From Alloprevotella sp. (lineage in GTDB: Bacteria; Bacteroidota; Bacteroidia; Bacteroidales; Bacteroidaceae), in assembly GCA_045639805.1 (NCBI GenBank), contig JAZUDS010000055.1, positions 1,350 to 65,349 of the forward strand: 64,000 nt of DNA, written 5' to 3'. Positions 51,272 through 59,934 of this stretch are shown in pieces (position 1 is the first letter of the stretch; each line of letters begins with the position of its first letter). The position numbers and the translations under genes are program-made. A model generated the notes under the pieces. It searched no databases, was not told where the DNA came from, and saw only the letters and a list, made by a program, of their open reading frames with translations.

Positions 51272-53170
51272 TTAGCGCATCAGCACCTTCTTCGTTGTGC
51301 CGTCGGGCATCTTCTGCAAGTTAATGCCGCGCTGGGCTTTGGAGATGTACTGGCCGCCCAAGTTGATGAAGCTGCTGGGTGCAGTAGTATTTATAGAGAT
51401 AGTCTCTACTCCCGTAATGTCCTCCTCGTAGATTTCAAAGAATTTCTTCCAGATATCGTCCGCCTGATAGCGTGCCACGGCGTTGTGGGTATTAGGCACA
51501 TACACCACGGCAGCCTTATAGACATACTCGGGGAAGTCCGTAGCGCATGTTGGCGGGATGTAGTTATGGGAATGTATCTGCGTGATGCGCTCGCAGCCAC
51601 TGAAAGCATTCTTGTCAATTTGTCTTGTGCTTTCTCCGATAATCAAGGTATCAAGACTTGTGCAATTCTCAAAACAACTCACTGGAATTATCTCCACATT
51701 CTTGCCAGTATAAACTTTTTCCAGATTGCTGCAATCATAGAAGGCGTTGCTCTCAATGCTTGTTACGCTATTGGGGATTTTCACGGAAGTAATGCTTGTC
51801 AAATACGTGCGCACTGCCGTAGCGCATCCTTCTGCATAGAAAAGCTCTTTAACGTTTCCACAGTCATAAAAGACATTGGAAGTGATGCTGGTCACACCGC
51901 TTCCGATTGTGACGGAGGTAAGGCCGCTGCAATAAGAGAAGGCTTCGTCTCCTATGCTCGTCACGCTATTAGGAATAGTGAGGGAGGTAAGGCCACTGCA
52001 ACCCTTGAAGGCATATTGTCCTATGTTCGTCACGCTATTAGGAATAGTGACGGAGGTAAGGCCGCTGCAACCATAGAAGGCAAAGCTTCCTATGCTCGTC
52101 ACGCTATTACCAATTGTAACGGAGGTAAGGCCGCTGCAATCATAGAAGGCATAGCCTCCTATGCTCGTCACGCTATTAGGAATAGTGACGGAGGTCAGGC
52201 TGCTGCAACCATAGAATGCAGAGTTTCCTATGATCGTCACGCTATTAGGAATAATCGTATTCTTACAGCCCGCAATAAGCGTATTGCCAGCCGTCTCTAT
52301 TATTGCATTACAATTATCACGGCTATCATACTTGGTATTTCCTTCTTCCACGGTGATGGAAATAAGGCCGCTGCAACCAGAGAAAGCAAAGTATCTTATG
52401 CTCGTCACGCTATTAGGAATAGTGATGGAGGTAAGGCCGCTGCAATCATAGAAGGCATAGCCTCCTATGCTCGTCACGCTATTACCAATTGTAACGGAGG
52501 TAAGGCCGCTGCAATCATAGAAGGCATAGCCTCCTATGCTCGTCACGCTATTAGGAATAGTGTTGGAGGTAAGGCCAGTGCATTCATAGAAGGCACTTTC
52601 TCCGATCCGCGTGACGCTATTAGGAATAGTGATGGAGGTAAGGCCAGTGCATTCATAGAAGGCCCATTCTCCTATGCTCGTCACGCTATTAGGAATAGTG
52701 ATGGAGGTAAGGCCAGTGCATTCATAGAAGGCACCTTCTCCTATGCTCGTGACGCTATTAGGAATAGTGATGGAGGTCAGGCCGCTGCAACCATCGAAGG
52801 CCATTGCTCCTATGCTCGTCACGCTGTTGGGGATAGTGACGGAGGTAAGTCTGCTGCAAAGGAAGAAGGCATAGCCTCCTATGCTCGTCACGCTATTAGG
52901 GATAGAGACAGAGGTAAGGCCGCTGCAACCAGAGAAGGCATCGTTCCCAATGCTCGTCACATTATAAGTTCTGCCTGAGAAGGTCACTGTACTGGGAATG
53001 ACGACAGAGCCTGAATAGGAGGAGTCGTATGACAAATTATTGCAAGTTACCTCTGCATTGTTGCCTGACACCCAATAATAAATACCATCCACCATAAAAT
53101 CATAGGCGGAAGCCACTTGCGGCATCATCATACCGATGACCGCAAGTAAAAGAAAAAGTTTTTGTTTCAT
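51272..53170 (-). CDS. BspA-like leucine-rich repeat (LRR_5) surface protein with T9SS C-terminal signal
   Basis: Signal peptide, many 23-aa TSIGxxAFxxCSGLTSVTIPNSV repeats, C-terminal INLGGQ...GINLQKMPDGTTKKVLMR. Confidence 0.93.
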   Translation of the reverse strand: MKQKLFLLLAVIGMMMPQVASAYDFMVDGIYYWVSGNNAEVTCNNLSYDSSYSGSVVIPSTVTFSGRTYNVTSIGNDAFSGCSGLTSVSIPNSVTSIGGYAFFLCSRLTSVTIPNSVTSIGAMAFDGCSGLTSITIPNSVTSIGEGAFYECTGLTSITIPNSVTSIGEWAFYECTGLTSITIPNSVTRIGESAFYECTGLTSNTIPNSVTSIGGYAFYDCSGLTSVTIGNSVTSIGGYAFYDCSGLTSITIPNSVTSIRYFAFSGCSGLISITVEEGNTKYDSRDNCNAIIETAGNTLIAGCKNTIIPNSVTIIGNSAFYGCSSLTSVTIPNSVTSIGGYAFYDCSGLTSVTIGNSVTSIGSFAFYGCSGLTSVTIPNSVTNIGQYAFKGCSGLTSLTIPNSVTSIGDEAFSYCSGLTSVTIGSGVTSITSNVFYDCGNVKELFYAEGCATAVRTYLTSITSVKIPNSVTSIESNAFYDCSNLEKVYTGKNVEIIPVSCFENCTSLDTLIIGESTRQIDKNAFSGCERITQIHSHNYIPPTCATDFPEYVYKAAVVYVPNTHNAVARYQADDIWKKFFEIYEEDITGVETISINTTAPSSFINLGGQYISKAQRGINLQKMPDGTTKKVLMR

Positions 53171-53182
53171 AATGATATTGTA

Positions 53183-53953
53183 TTAACGAGTTATTACAGA
53201 TTTGGTGTAGTGAATTTTTAATTTATTAGGGTAACCGTTATTCAGAAACAGTTCTTCTATTTTCTTCTTTACAAATTCTGAATGCTTTGAGCGTTTCATA
53301 TAAACAAACACTTCTTTGATAGTGTCCGGGGGGAGAACAATTTCTTTATACTTACGTATCGTCCCATCTTCCCTAATAGAGGTTTCAAATTCATTATCAT
53401 CTTCTCGCGGGGGGATTTCACCAGGACCATCTGGAGTATATGTAAAACACCTTAGTTCATCATTGAGCGCTACCAAGCGTGTCTCATTTTCATCCTTAAA
53501 GTCAGGGTGCTTAATAAAGCAGGAGAAAATTTGTGCTTCCTCCGATATGTCGTCCATAATAGGTGCTCCCAACTCTTTTGCGATATTTTGTATAGCATCT
53601 TCTATTTTGCTTTTTTCTTTATGTGGGTATTGCACACTTGCAAAGAACTTGCCATTAGCTCGAGCAAATTGCCTTATCTTTTCTTTTTCCAAAACCAAAC
53701 ACACCTTGGCTTTATATAATCTCCACATAAGAATGTTATCTATTAGCGAGCTAAAACACAAGACATACGGGAAATACTGAGTGTCATAAACAGCGGGTTC
53801 CACTCCAAACAGTTGTTGGCAGTTAGAACGACAGTAAATGAACTCTGTAGGGTCATTCATCTGATTATATCTACTCGCACGAAAAACAAGTCCTTTTGCT
53901 TGAACAATGCTACATAATGCAGGAAAACTTGTGTAATGACAGAGTAAATCCAT
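53183..53953 (-). CDS. DUF2971-like protein (AT-rich accessory gene)
   Basis: Start taken at MDLLCHYTS; HYT, MNDPTE, CFSS, LMWRLY, KHPDFKDENETRL motifs; visibly AT-rich relative to core genes. Confidence 0.75.
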   Translation of the reverse strand: MDLLCHYTSFPALCSIVQAKGLVFRASRYNQMNDPTEFIYCRSNCQQLFGVEPAVYDTQYFPYVLCFSSLIDNILMWRLYKAKVCLVLEKEKIRQFARANGKFFASVQYPHKEKSKIEDAIQNIAKELGAPIMDDISEEAQIFSCFIKHPDFKDENETRLVALNDELRCFTYTPDGPGEIPPREDDNEFETSIREDGTIRKYKEIVLPPDTIKEVFVYMKRSKHSEFVKKKIEELFLNNGYPNKLKIHYTKSVITR

Positions 53954-54010
53954 AATATTCTTTTGCCTCACAATCCCCCAGTTTGGCCCTTTTCTTAATG
54001 GTGAGTAGAT

Positions 54011-54256
54011 ACAAGAAAGGCGTAAGGACTTGTCCTTACTCATCTATCACTGGTATCGCCAAACACCGCATCTGAAATGAATAAGAATAGCAACCCCACG
54101 CCGATATGTAATTGCTATGCGGCGCGGGATGCCGTATGCAAACATACATACAGGTGGGCGTCACATACCCTCTATCCTTCAGATAATATGAATTGGCGAA
54201 TTAGTGATAAGGATAAAGCGTGGAACGCCTTCTTGTCAGACGTTTTCTCTCGTCTG
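54011..54256 (-). ncRNA. Candidate structured RNA / 5' leader with nested stems
   Basis: Four nested stems, two crossing inner stems and two local hairpins (coordinates in findings); starts just after a -7 box; a G-U pair supports the minus strand. Confidence 0.65.
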
Positions 54257-54261
54257 CGATT

Positions 54262-54316
54262 GCAAAGATACGAATAAGTGAGAGAAAAGCCAAATTTATT
54301 TGAGGTTTTCCGAACG
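54262..54316 (-). promoter_or_regulatory. Hairpin promoter cassette, copy E
   Basis: Reverse complement CGTTCGGAAAACCTCAAATAAATTTGGCTTTTCTCTCACTTATTCGTATCTTTGC with TATCTTTG -7 box. Confidence 0.75.
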
Positions 54317-54484
54317 AAAGTACCTAAAACGAAGTTAAAAGTACTAACTTTTCATCAAACAGCCAAATAAATAAGACGGAAATACGTAGGAGGCTGTCAA
54401 AATAGAAGTGCCGTAGCGTAGTCTTGCACGGACATACGCGCTTACCTCGCTGTCTTGATTTCAACGATAGGCGAAATAATTCTT

Positions 54485-54568
54485 TTTCTACAATTGTGGA
54501 AATTACTTTCTACAATTGTGGAAAATACTTTCTACATATGTGGAAAATACTTTCTACATATGTGGAAA
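54485..54568. repeat. 22-bp palindromic tandem array (TTTCTACA-WW-TGTGGAAA core), 4 units
   Basis: Unit starts at 54485, 54507, 54529, 54551. Confidence 0.9.
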
Positions 54569-54630
54569 TTGAATCGGAAGCGCGATTGCAGGGAAAACGC
54601 ACCAAATCCCCAGGTGTGAAATAGCGCCTA

Positions 54631-54767
54631 CTGGCTGGAATCCAGTACAGCGAACGAAGTGAGCGGTAAGTAACCCGGGACGAAGTCTCGGGTCTTAACA
54701 TCGCTTCTCCTTGCCTGGCTGGGGGCCAGTACCTCAAATAAACTACAAGGTACTGGCCTCCAGCCAG
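54631..54767. repeat. REP/BIME-like palindrome cluster (GTAC-TGGCCTCCAGCCAG)
   Basis: Units at 54631-54648 (reverse), 54715-54732 (reverse), 54750-54767; hairpin at 54674-54692. Confidence 0.65.
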
Positions 54768-54939
54768 CCTCCATGAGACCAGATAATACCCGGGGACTGC
54801 GTCCCGACTTCTTCGCAAGCTCAGATGCCAAGGCAAATCCTCAAAGTAGAGGCTTCCAGCCTCTTCGCGTGTGATAGATAATGTGCTAAAAGTATAAAAC
54901 GACCTATTTGGTGCGTTTTCCCTGAGCGCGATTGGGCAC

Positions 54940-54970
54940 AAAAAAAGGCGGCACTGTCATTGCGCCGCCT
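54940..54970 (-). terminator. Intrinsic terminator of the korA-to-GH28 gene run
   Basis: AGGCGGC/GCCGCCT stem with A7 on + (U tail on -). Confidence 0.75.
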
Positions 54971-54997
54971 ATGATAATGGTCGTTTGCTGTGTTGAA

Positions 54998-56128
54998 TTA
55001 TTGATGGCCTGTTATGCTGACATTGCGGAGGGTGACACTGTCCCACATGCGGGGGCAGTCCTGACGATTGAGGGGGAGGGTGACTTCGCAGTGGGTGGCT
55101 TTGACGTTCTCTATAGTGAGGTCGTGGCAATGGTTGTCAGCGCCCATGCTGTAGGCGATGGGTGAATATTGGTGGCTGAGGGTGAGGTGGTGGAGGTGCA
55201 CGCCACTCACGTCGCCGGGCATCTGCCCCCAGGCTCCGGGTTCTATGACAATGCCGTAGATGGAGTGGCTGCCGAGGGTGAGGCCGTTGGTGCGGTGGGG
55301 GTAACGGCCAGGACCGAGAATGTCTGTGTGTCCTACCTCTAATCTGTCAGCGGGACCGATGAGGCGGATGCCGTTGCAACTTGAATTGAGGTGGCAGCGG
55401 GTCACTCGCATATTTGTCCAGTAAGCGCCGGCTATGCAGTCGTCGCCGGTGCTGATGTCACAATTCTTTATGAGAATGTCCTTGCCACCTCGGATATGGA
55501 TGCCGTCCCAGCCTTCTGTGATGTTGAGGCCTTGAAAAGTGGCATGCGAGAGGTCGTAGCAGAGAAAGGCGTAGTTGGCGGCACGCGTGACGTGGATGTT
55601 CTTTATGCTGACGTTGCTGCACTCTGCCAGCAGTATGGCGTGGGGGCCGCGCAGACCTTCTTCGCCGCGGGGGTCGGAGAGGTGGCGCCCGTCAATGGTG
55701 CCCTTGCCCTTGATGGTGACGTCGGTGAGGCCTACGCCGAGGATGAGGGCTCGTGTCCATCGTGCATCGCTTGTGAGATTGGCGTTGCGGGTGCCGGCTC
55801 CCGTGTCGTAGCGCGACATATCGTGGGTGGGGCGGTAGGCATCGTAATCTTCGTGGCGGAGGGAGGCGAGGAGTGTGGCTCCTTCGTCGAGTTGCAGGGT
55901 GATGTGGCTGCGCAGATGGAGGGTGCCGGTGAGGTACTGGCCACGGGGAAAACGGATGACGGCGCCGGAGGGCGCTTTGTCAATGATGCGCTGAAGGAGG
56001 GCTGTACAAGGCGTTGTGCCATCGGCCACGATGCCATGGCGCACAACGTCAATGACAATGCGCGCATCAACCGTTGCCGCCTGGAAAGCCAGGGCGGCAA
56101 GGAGAATGACGCGTAGTAGGCGTAGCAT
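54998..56128 (-). CDS. GH28-like right-handed beta-helix glycoside hydrolase
   Basis: Signal peptide, FPRGQYLTGTLHLRS, GKGTIDGR, DGIH, TGDDCIA, CNGIR. Confidence 0.8.
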   Translation of the reverse strand: MLRLLRVILLAALAFQAATVDARIVIDVVRHGIVADGTTPCTALLQRIIDKAPSGAVIRFPRGQYLTGTLHLRSHITLQLDEGATLLASLRHEDYDAYRPTHDMSRYDTGAGTRNANLTSDARWTRALILGVGLTDVTIKGKGTIDGRHLSDPRGEEGLRGPHAILLAECSNVSIKNIHVTRAANYAFLCYDLSHATFQGLNITEGWDGIHIRGGKDILIKNCDISTGDDCIAGAYWTNMRVTRCHLNSSCNGIRLIGPADRLEVGHTDILGPGRYPHRTNGLTLGSHSIYGIVIEPGAWGQMPGDVSGVHLHHLTLSHQYSPIAYSMGADNHCHDLTIENVKATHCEVTLPLNRQDCPRMWDSVTLRNVSITGHQ

Positions 56129-56134
56129 AAGGAT

Positions 56135-56398
56135 TTATTTTTTCAGTCGCTGACGCAGGCACATCGCCAGGACGTAGAGGCAGAAGACGAGGCATACGCC
56201 GTTGCTGAGCCACATGGGGATGTTGCGGAGCAAAAGGCCGGTGACGAACCAGAAAATGATGCCGGAGGTGAGGATGCACTGCATGAGGAGGGAGATGCCG
56301 CGCGTGTCCTTCGTCTTATATACGAGCCAGGCCTGCGGTATCTGGCAGATGGCCATGCAGATGCCGGCGAGAGAGGCGGTGAGAGTGGCGACGTCCAT
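56135..56398 (-). CDS. SemiSWEET / PQ-loop sugar transporter
   Basis: IPQAWLVYKTKDTRGISL, three TM helices, W...G...N motif; start taken at MDVATL. Confidence 0.88.
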   Translation of the reverse strand: MDVATLTASLAGICMAICQIPQAWLVYKTKDTRGISLLMQCILTSGIIFWFVTGLLLRNIPMWLSNGVCLVFCLYVLAMCLRQRLKK

Positions 56399-56471
56399 TA
56401 TTGCAATTACAATTTTATGATTTACAATGAACAATTTGTTTCATCGTTCATCGTTTCATCGTTTCATCGCT

Positions 56472-56852
56472 CTAGAGGCCTTGCTGGCGCAGGACTTTCT
56501 GGATGTCTTCCTGTGAGAAGGTGTATATCTGGTTGAACACGCCGACGGATACGACTTTGTCTTCCTGTTCCCAATGTATCTTGCCGAGGCTGAAGACTAC
56601 GTAATTGTCCACATGGAGTTTGCTATCTACCACGGAGTCGATAATCTTGCCGGCAAACATCGAGCCGATGGAGGCGAGGCCGTTGCTGATGATGTTGCCG
56701 TCGTCGCCGTTGAGTTCTTCGGAGATTTTGTCGTCCACGGTGTCGGACATGACGTTGACGATGGCGTTCTTGTGGGCTTCGGCGTCGGGGCAGGTGATGG
56801 CGGCCAGAAGAACGATGCCGATGAGGATGATGAGGGCGATGATCTTTTTCAT
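56472..56852 (-). CDS. DUF4359-like protein
   Basis: N-terminal TM helix, TCPDAEAHK, NYVVFSLG, SVGVFNQIY. Confidence 0.7.
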   Translation of the reverse strand: MKKIIALIILIGIVLLAAITCPDAEAHKNAIVNVMSDTVDDKISEELNGDDGNIISNGLASIGSMFAGKIIDSVVDSKLHVDNYVVFSLGKIHWEQEDKVVSVGVFNQIYTFSQEDIQKVLRQQGL

Positions 56853-56931
56853 AAAGACCCCCTCTTATCCCCCTTAAAGGGGGAAGGCCTGAGGGGTTAG
56901 GGGGTTAAGGGTTTACGGGTTGAGGGGGAGT

Positions 56932-58434
56932 TTAGAGATATTCGGAGAAGTCGGTGAGGCGCATGTCGCCCTTGCGGAGGAAGGTGTCGTGGAAGGCGAG
57001 GGCGGCGCGCATGTGCTGAGGCTCGTGGCCCATGGGGGCGAGTTTCAGGTAGTCGCGCAGGAGAGGACGGTAGTCGGGATGGGCGCAGTTGTTGATGACT
57101 TCCTCGGCACGGCGCATGGGGCCCTTGCCGCGGAGGTCGGCAATGCCTTGCTCGGTGATGATGAGGTCCACGTCGTGCTCGGTGCTATCAACGTGGCAGC
57201 ACATGGGCACGATGGCGGAGATCTTGCCACCCTTGGCTACGGAGGGCGTGTAGAAGATGCTGATGGAGCCGTTGCGCTCGTAGTCGCACGAGCCGCCGAT
57301 GCCGTTCATGAGAGAGGAACCGCACACGTGGCTGGAGTTCTCGTGGCCGTAGAGGTCGCACTCAAGCGCGGTGTTCATGGCGATGACGCCGAAGCGGCGG
57401 ATGAGTTCGGGGGCGTTGGCCAGTTCGCTGGGGCGCAGCGTGAGGTGATGGCGGAAGAAGTCCATGTTGGCATACACGTCCTGGATGCACTCGTTGGTGC
57501 AGGTCATGGCGGCGCATGAGGCCTGGCTTATCTTGCCCTTGGCGATGAGTTCCACTACGGCGTCCTGCACGACTTCGGAATAGACCTCCAGCGGCGGCAA
57601 CTGCCCCTCGCACTGGCCGATGGCCTTCATCACGGCGTTGCCCGTGGTGCCCACACCGCTCTGGATGGGGAACATGCAGGAGGGTATGTGGCCGGCCTTC
57701 ATGTCGCTGATGAAGAAATCGACGACGTTCTGGCCGATGGTGCAGAGGGCTTCGTCGGGATCCTTGAAGCCGCGGGCCTCTTCGGGCGTGTTGGTCTCCA
57801 CCACGGCGACAATCTTCTTGGCGTCGATGCATACGTGGTCTTTACCGATGCGGCCGCCCACGGAGAGAAGGGGGATGGGCTGGCGGCGGGGGTATTCCTC
57901 GCACTCATAAACGTCGTGCAACAGGCGCGACTTGGGCGAGTGGAAGGCGTTGAGTTCGATGAAGATGCGCTTGGCGAGGCGTACGATGGTGGGCACGATG
58001 CCGCCGGCGGTGGTGAGCACGGCCTTGCAGACGTCGGCGCCTTCCTCTATCTCACTGCACTCGATGATGGCCCAGTCTATCTCGCCGTAGTAGCCGCGGC
58101 GCAGACGCTCGGCCACGTGGCCCAGGTGCATATCCTCGTAGTCAATCTCACCGAGGTTGGTGTGGATGCGGAAGTCCTTGTTCGTGGAGAACGGACCGCG
58201 GAACTTGATGGCTTGCGCCACGGCCATGTCGCCCTCCAGGCTCTGGCAGCCGGAGGCACCGGTGATGATGCCTATCTTGTAGGGCTCGCCGGCGGCGTGG
58301 AGTATTTCGGCGCGCTTGCGCACCTCGCGGATAATGTCCTTGGGGATACCGTTGGGCGTGAAGCCGCTGAAGGCCACGTTGGCATCGTTGTCAATCATTT
58401 GGGCTGCTTGTGCAGCGGTAAGGCGTGTGTACAT
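56932..58434 (-). CDS. Acetyl-CoA hydrolase/transferase family (succinate CoA-transferase-like)
   Basis: FSGFTP, TGAS, DMHL, QSGVG, YSEVVQD, NGIGGSCD, ITEQGIADLRG, CAHPDYR. Confidence 0.92.
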   Translation of the reverse strand: MYTRLTAAQAAQMIDNDANVAFSGFTPNGIPKDIIREVRKRAEILHAAGEPYKIGIITGASGCQSLEGDMAVAQAIKFRGPFSTNKDFRIHTNLGEIDYEDMHLGHVAERLRRGYYGEIDWAIIECSEIEEGADVCKAVLTTAGGIVPTIVRLAKRIFIELNAFHSPKSRLLHDVYECEEYPRRQPIPLLSVGGRIGKDHVCIDAKKIVAVVETNTPEEARGFKDPDEALCTIGQNVVDFFISDMKAGHIPSCMFPIQSGVGTTGNAVMKAIGQCEGQLPPLEVYSEVVQDAVVELIAKGKISQASCAAMTCTNECIQDVYANMDFFRHHLTLRPSELANAPELIRRFGVIAMNTALECDLYGHENSSHVCGSSLMNGIGGSCDYERNGSISIFYTPSVAKGGKISAIVPMCCHVDSTEHDVDLIITEQGIADLRGKGPMRRAEEVINNCAHPDYRPLLRDYLKLAPMGHEPQHMRAALAFHDTFLRKGDMRLTDFSEYL

Positions 58435-58446
58435 AAGAGAGAACTA

Positions 58447-58704
58447 AAGCCTCACCCAAAGCCCCTCTCCGTCAGAGCCACCTTCGGTGCTCTGCCACCC
58501 CTCCCCCATAGGGAGGGGGAGATACCTCTATAGGTCGTGTCTTGGGGTTGTGAGGTTCTTGGGCTGTGAGGTTGTGGGGTTGTGGGGTTATGAGGTTATA
58601 GGGTTAATGGTTATAAACCTTTAGGCATTATTCCTTCCCCTATGGGGGGAAGGTGGCGCGGTGCGTAGCAGCCGCGTCGGATAGGGGCTGCACGTGTGAG
58701 GCTT
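58447..58704. repeat. Long nested inverted-repeat element with a central GGGTTGTGA-type microsatellite
   Basis: AAGCCTCAC/GTGAGGCTT ends; AGCCCCT.TCCG/CGGATAGGGGCT and CCCCCATAGGG/CCCTATGGGGG inner arms. Confidence 0.65.
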
Positions 58705-58706
58705 CT

Positions 58707-59711
58707 TTACTTCACCTCCCAGATATCATTCGTTTCCAATAATTCCTGGAAGTTGTGGTAGGGCTTCATGGCCTTCACTTCCTCTATCTGCTCGGTTACG
58801 GCATCGTCGTAGGTGGGGGCGTCCACGTCGCGGATAACGCCGAGGGCCACGGGGAAGCCGTCGCCGTTGCCCATGAGGGCGAGTTTCAGTTGCAGCGTGC
58901 CGTCAAAGCACTTGGCGTCGTGGACGAGCACGTCGTCGAGCGTGAAACCGTTTTTGCCGATTTCCACCACGCGCAGGCCGAAGCCTTGCTGCACGAGGCC
59001 GTACTCGTTGTTGGGGCCGAAGACGAGTTTCTCGCCGTGACGCACATAGATGGCGTTTTTCTCGCGGCCCTCCTTGTCATAGACGGAGGCGTGGGTGCCG
59101 TTGTTGAAGATGACGCAGTTCTGCAGCACCTCCGTCACGCTGGCACCCTTATGGGCTTGAGCGGCCTTGAGCACCTCGATGCAGTGGGGCAGGTCCGTGG
59201 CCACGGTACGGGCGAAGAAGTGGCCGCGGGCGCCGAGGCAGAGTTCGGCGGGGCGGAAGGGTTCCTCAACGGTGCCGTAGGGGCTGGACTTCGACACGAA
59301 GCCGCGGGGCGACGTGGGGCTGTACTGGCCCTTCGTCAGACCGTAGATGCGGTTGTTGAGGATTATCATGTTGAGGTTTACGTTGCGGCGGTTCACGTGG
59401 ATGAAGTGGTTGCCGCCGATGGCGAGGCCGTCGCCGTCGCCGCTGATTTGCCATACGGTGAGGTTGGGGTTGGCCACCTTCACGCCGGTAGCGATGGCGG
59501 CGGCGCGGCCGTGGATGGTGTTCATGCCGTACGTGGCCATATAGTGGGGCAGGCGGCTGGAGCAGCCGATGCCGCTGATTACGGCAATATCGTGGGGCGC
59601 AATGCCCATCTCGGCCATGGCTCTGTGGAGGGCGCCGAGGAAGAAGTGGTCACCGCAGCCCGGACACCAGCGCGGCTGACCTTTTTTATAATCATTGGCG
59701 GAGTATTCCAT
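58707..59711 (-). CDS. korB: 2-oxoacid:ferredoxin oxidoreductase beta subunit
   Basis: WCPGCGD, SGIGCSS, HGRA, GDGDG, NNRIYGLTKGQ; start taken at MEYSAND. Confidence 0.93.
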   Translation of the reverse strand: MEYSANDYKKGQPRWCPGCGDHFFLGALHRAMAEMGIAPHDIAVISGIGCSSRLPHYMATYGMNTIHGRAAAIATGVKVANPNLTVWQISGDGDGLAIGGNHFIHVNRRNVNLNMIILNNRIYGLTKGQYSPTSPRGFVSKSSPYGTVEEPFRPAELCLGARGHFFARTVATDLPHCIEVLKAAQAHKGASVTEVLQNCVIFNNGTHASVYDKEGREKNAIYVRHGEKLVFGPNNEYGLVQQGFGLRVVEIGKNGFTLDDVLVHDAKCFDGTLQLKLALMGNGDGFPVALGVIRDVDAPTYDDAVTEQIEEVKAMKPYHNFQELLETNDIWEVK

Positions 59712-59729
59712 GATATTTCTTTTTATGTC

Positions 59730-59925
59730 TATCAAGAATTTAAGAATTAAGGATTTTTTCGGAGCTATTTGTCTTGAATTTTCATGAATTGCCGTGGGAG
59801 CACGGCGGAACCGGAGGGAAAACAGACCGAAAGTCAAGCCAACCGCATGGATCTTCTGCGGCCCTGTGCCGCAATTCCTAATAATTCTTCTCCTTTCGCA
59901 AGAAAAGATTCTTTAATTCTTGATA
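59730..59925. mobile_element. MITE-like insertion between korA and korB
   Basis: 18-bp terminal inverted repeat with one mismatch: TATCAAGAATTTAAGAAT / ATTCTTTAATTCTTGATA. Confidence 0.5.
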
Positions 59926-59934
59926 AAAAAATTA

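Noticed and set aside
51272-53170. LRR gene repeats as DGR template/variable repeats
   Set aside because: Differences between units are not restricted to adenines, all copies are in-frame coding repeats, and no reverse transcriptase is present.
53954-54043. Longer N-terminus (MSKDKSL...) for the DUF2971-like ORF
   Set aside because: It overlaps the structured RNA, and the HYT motif fits a start at 53953.
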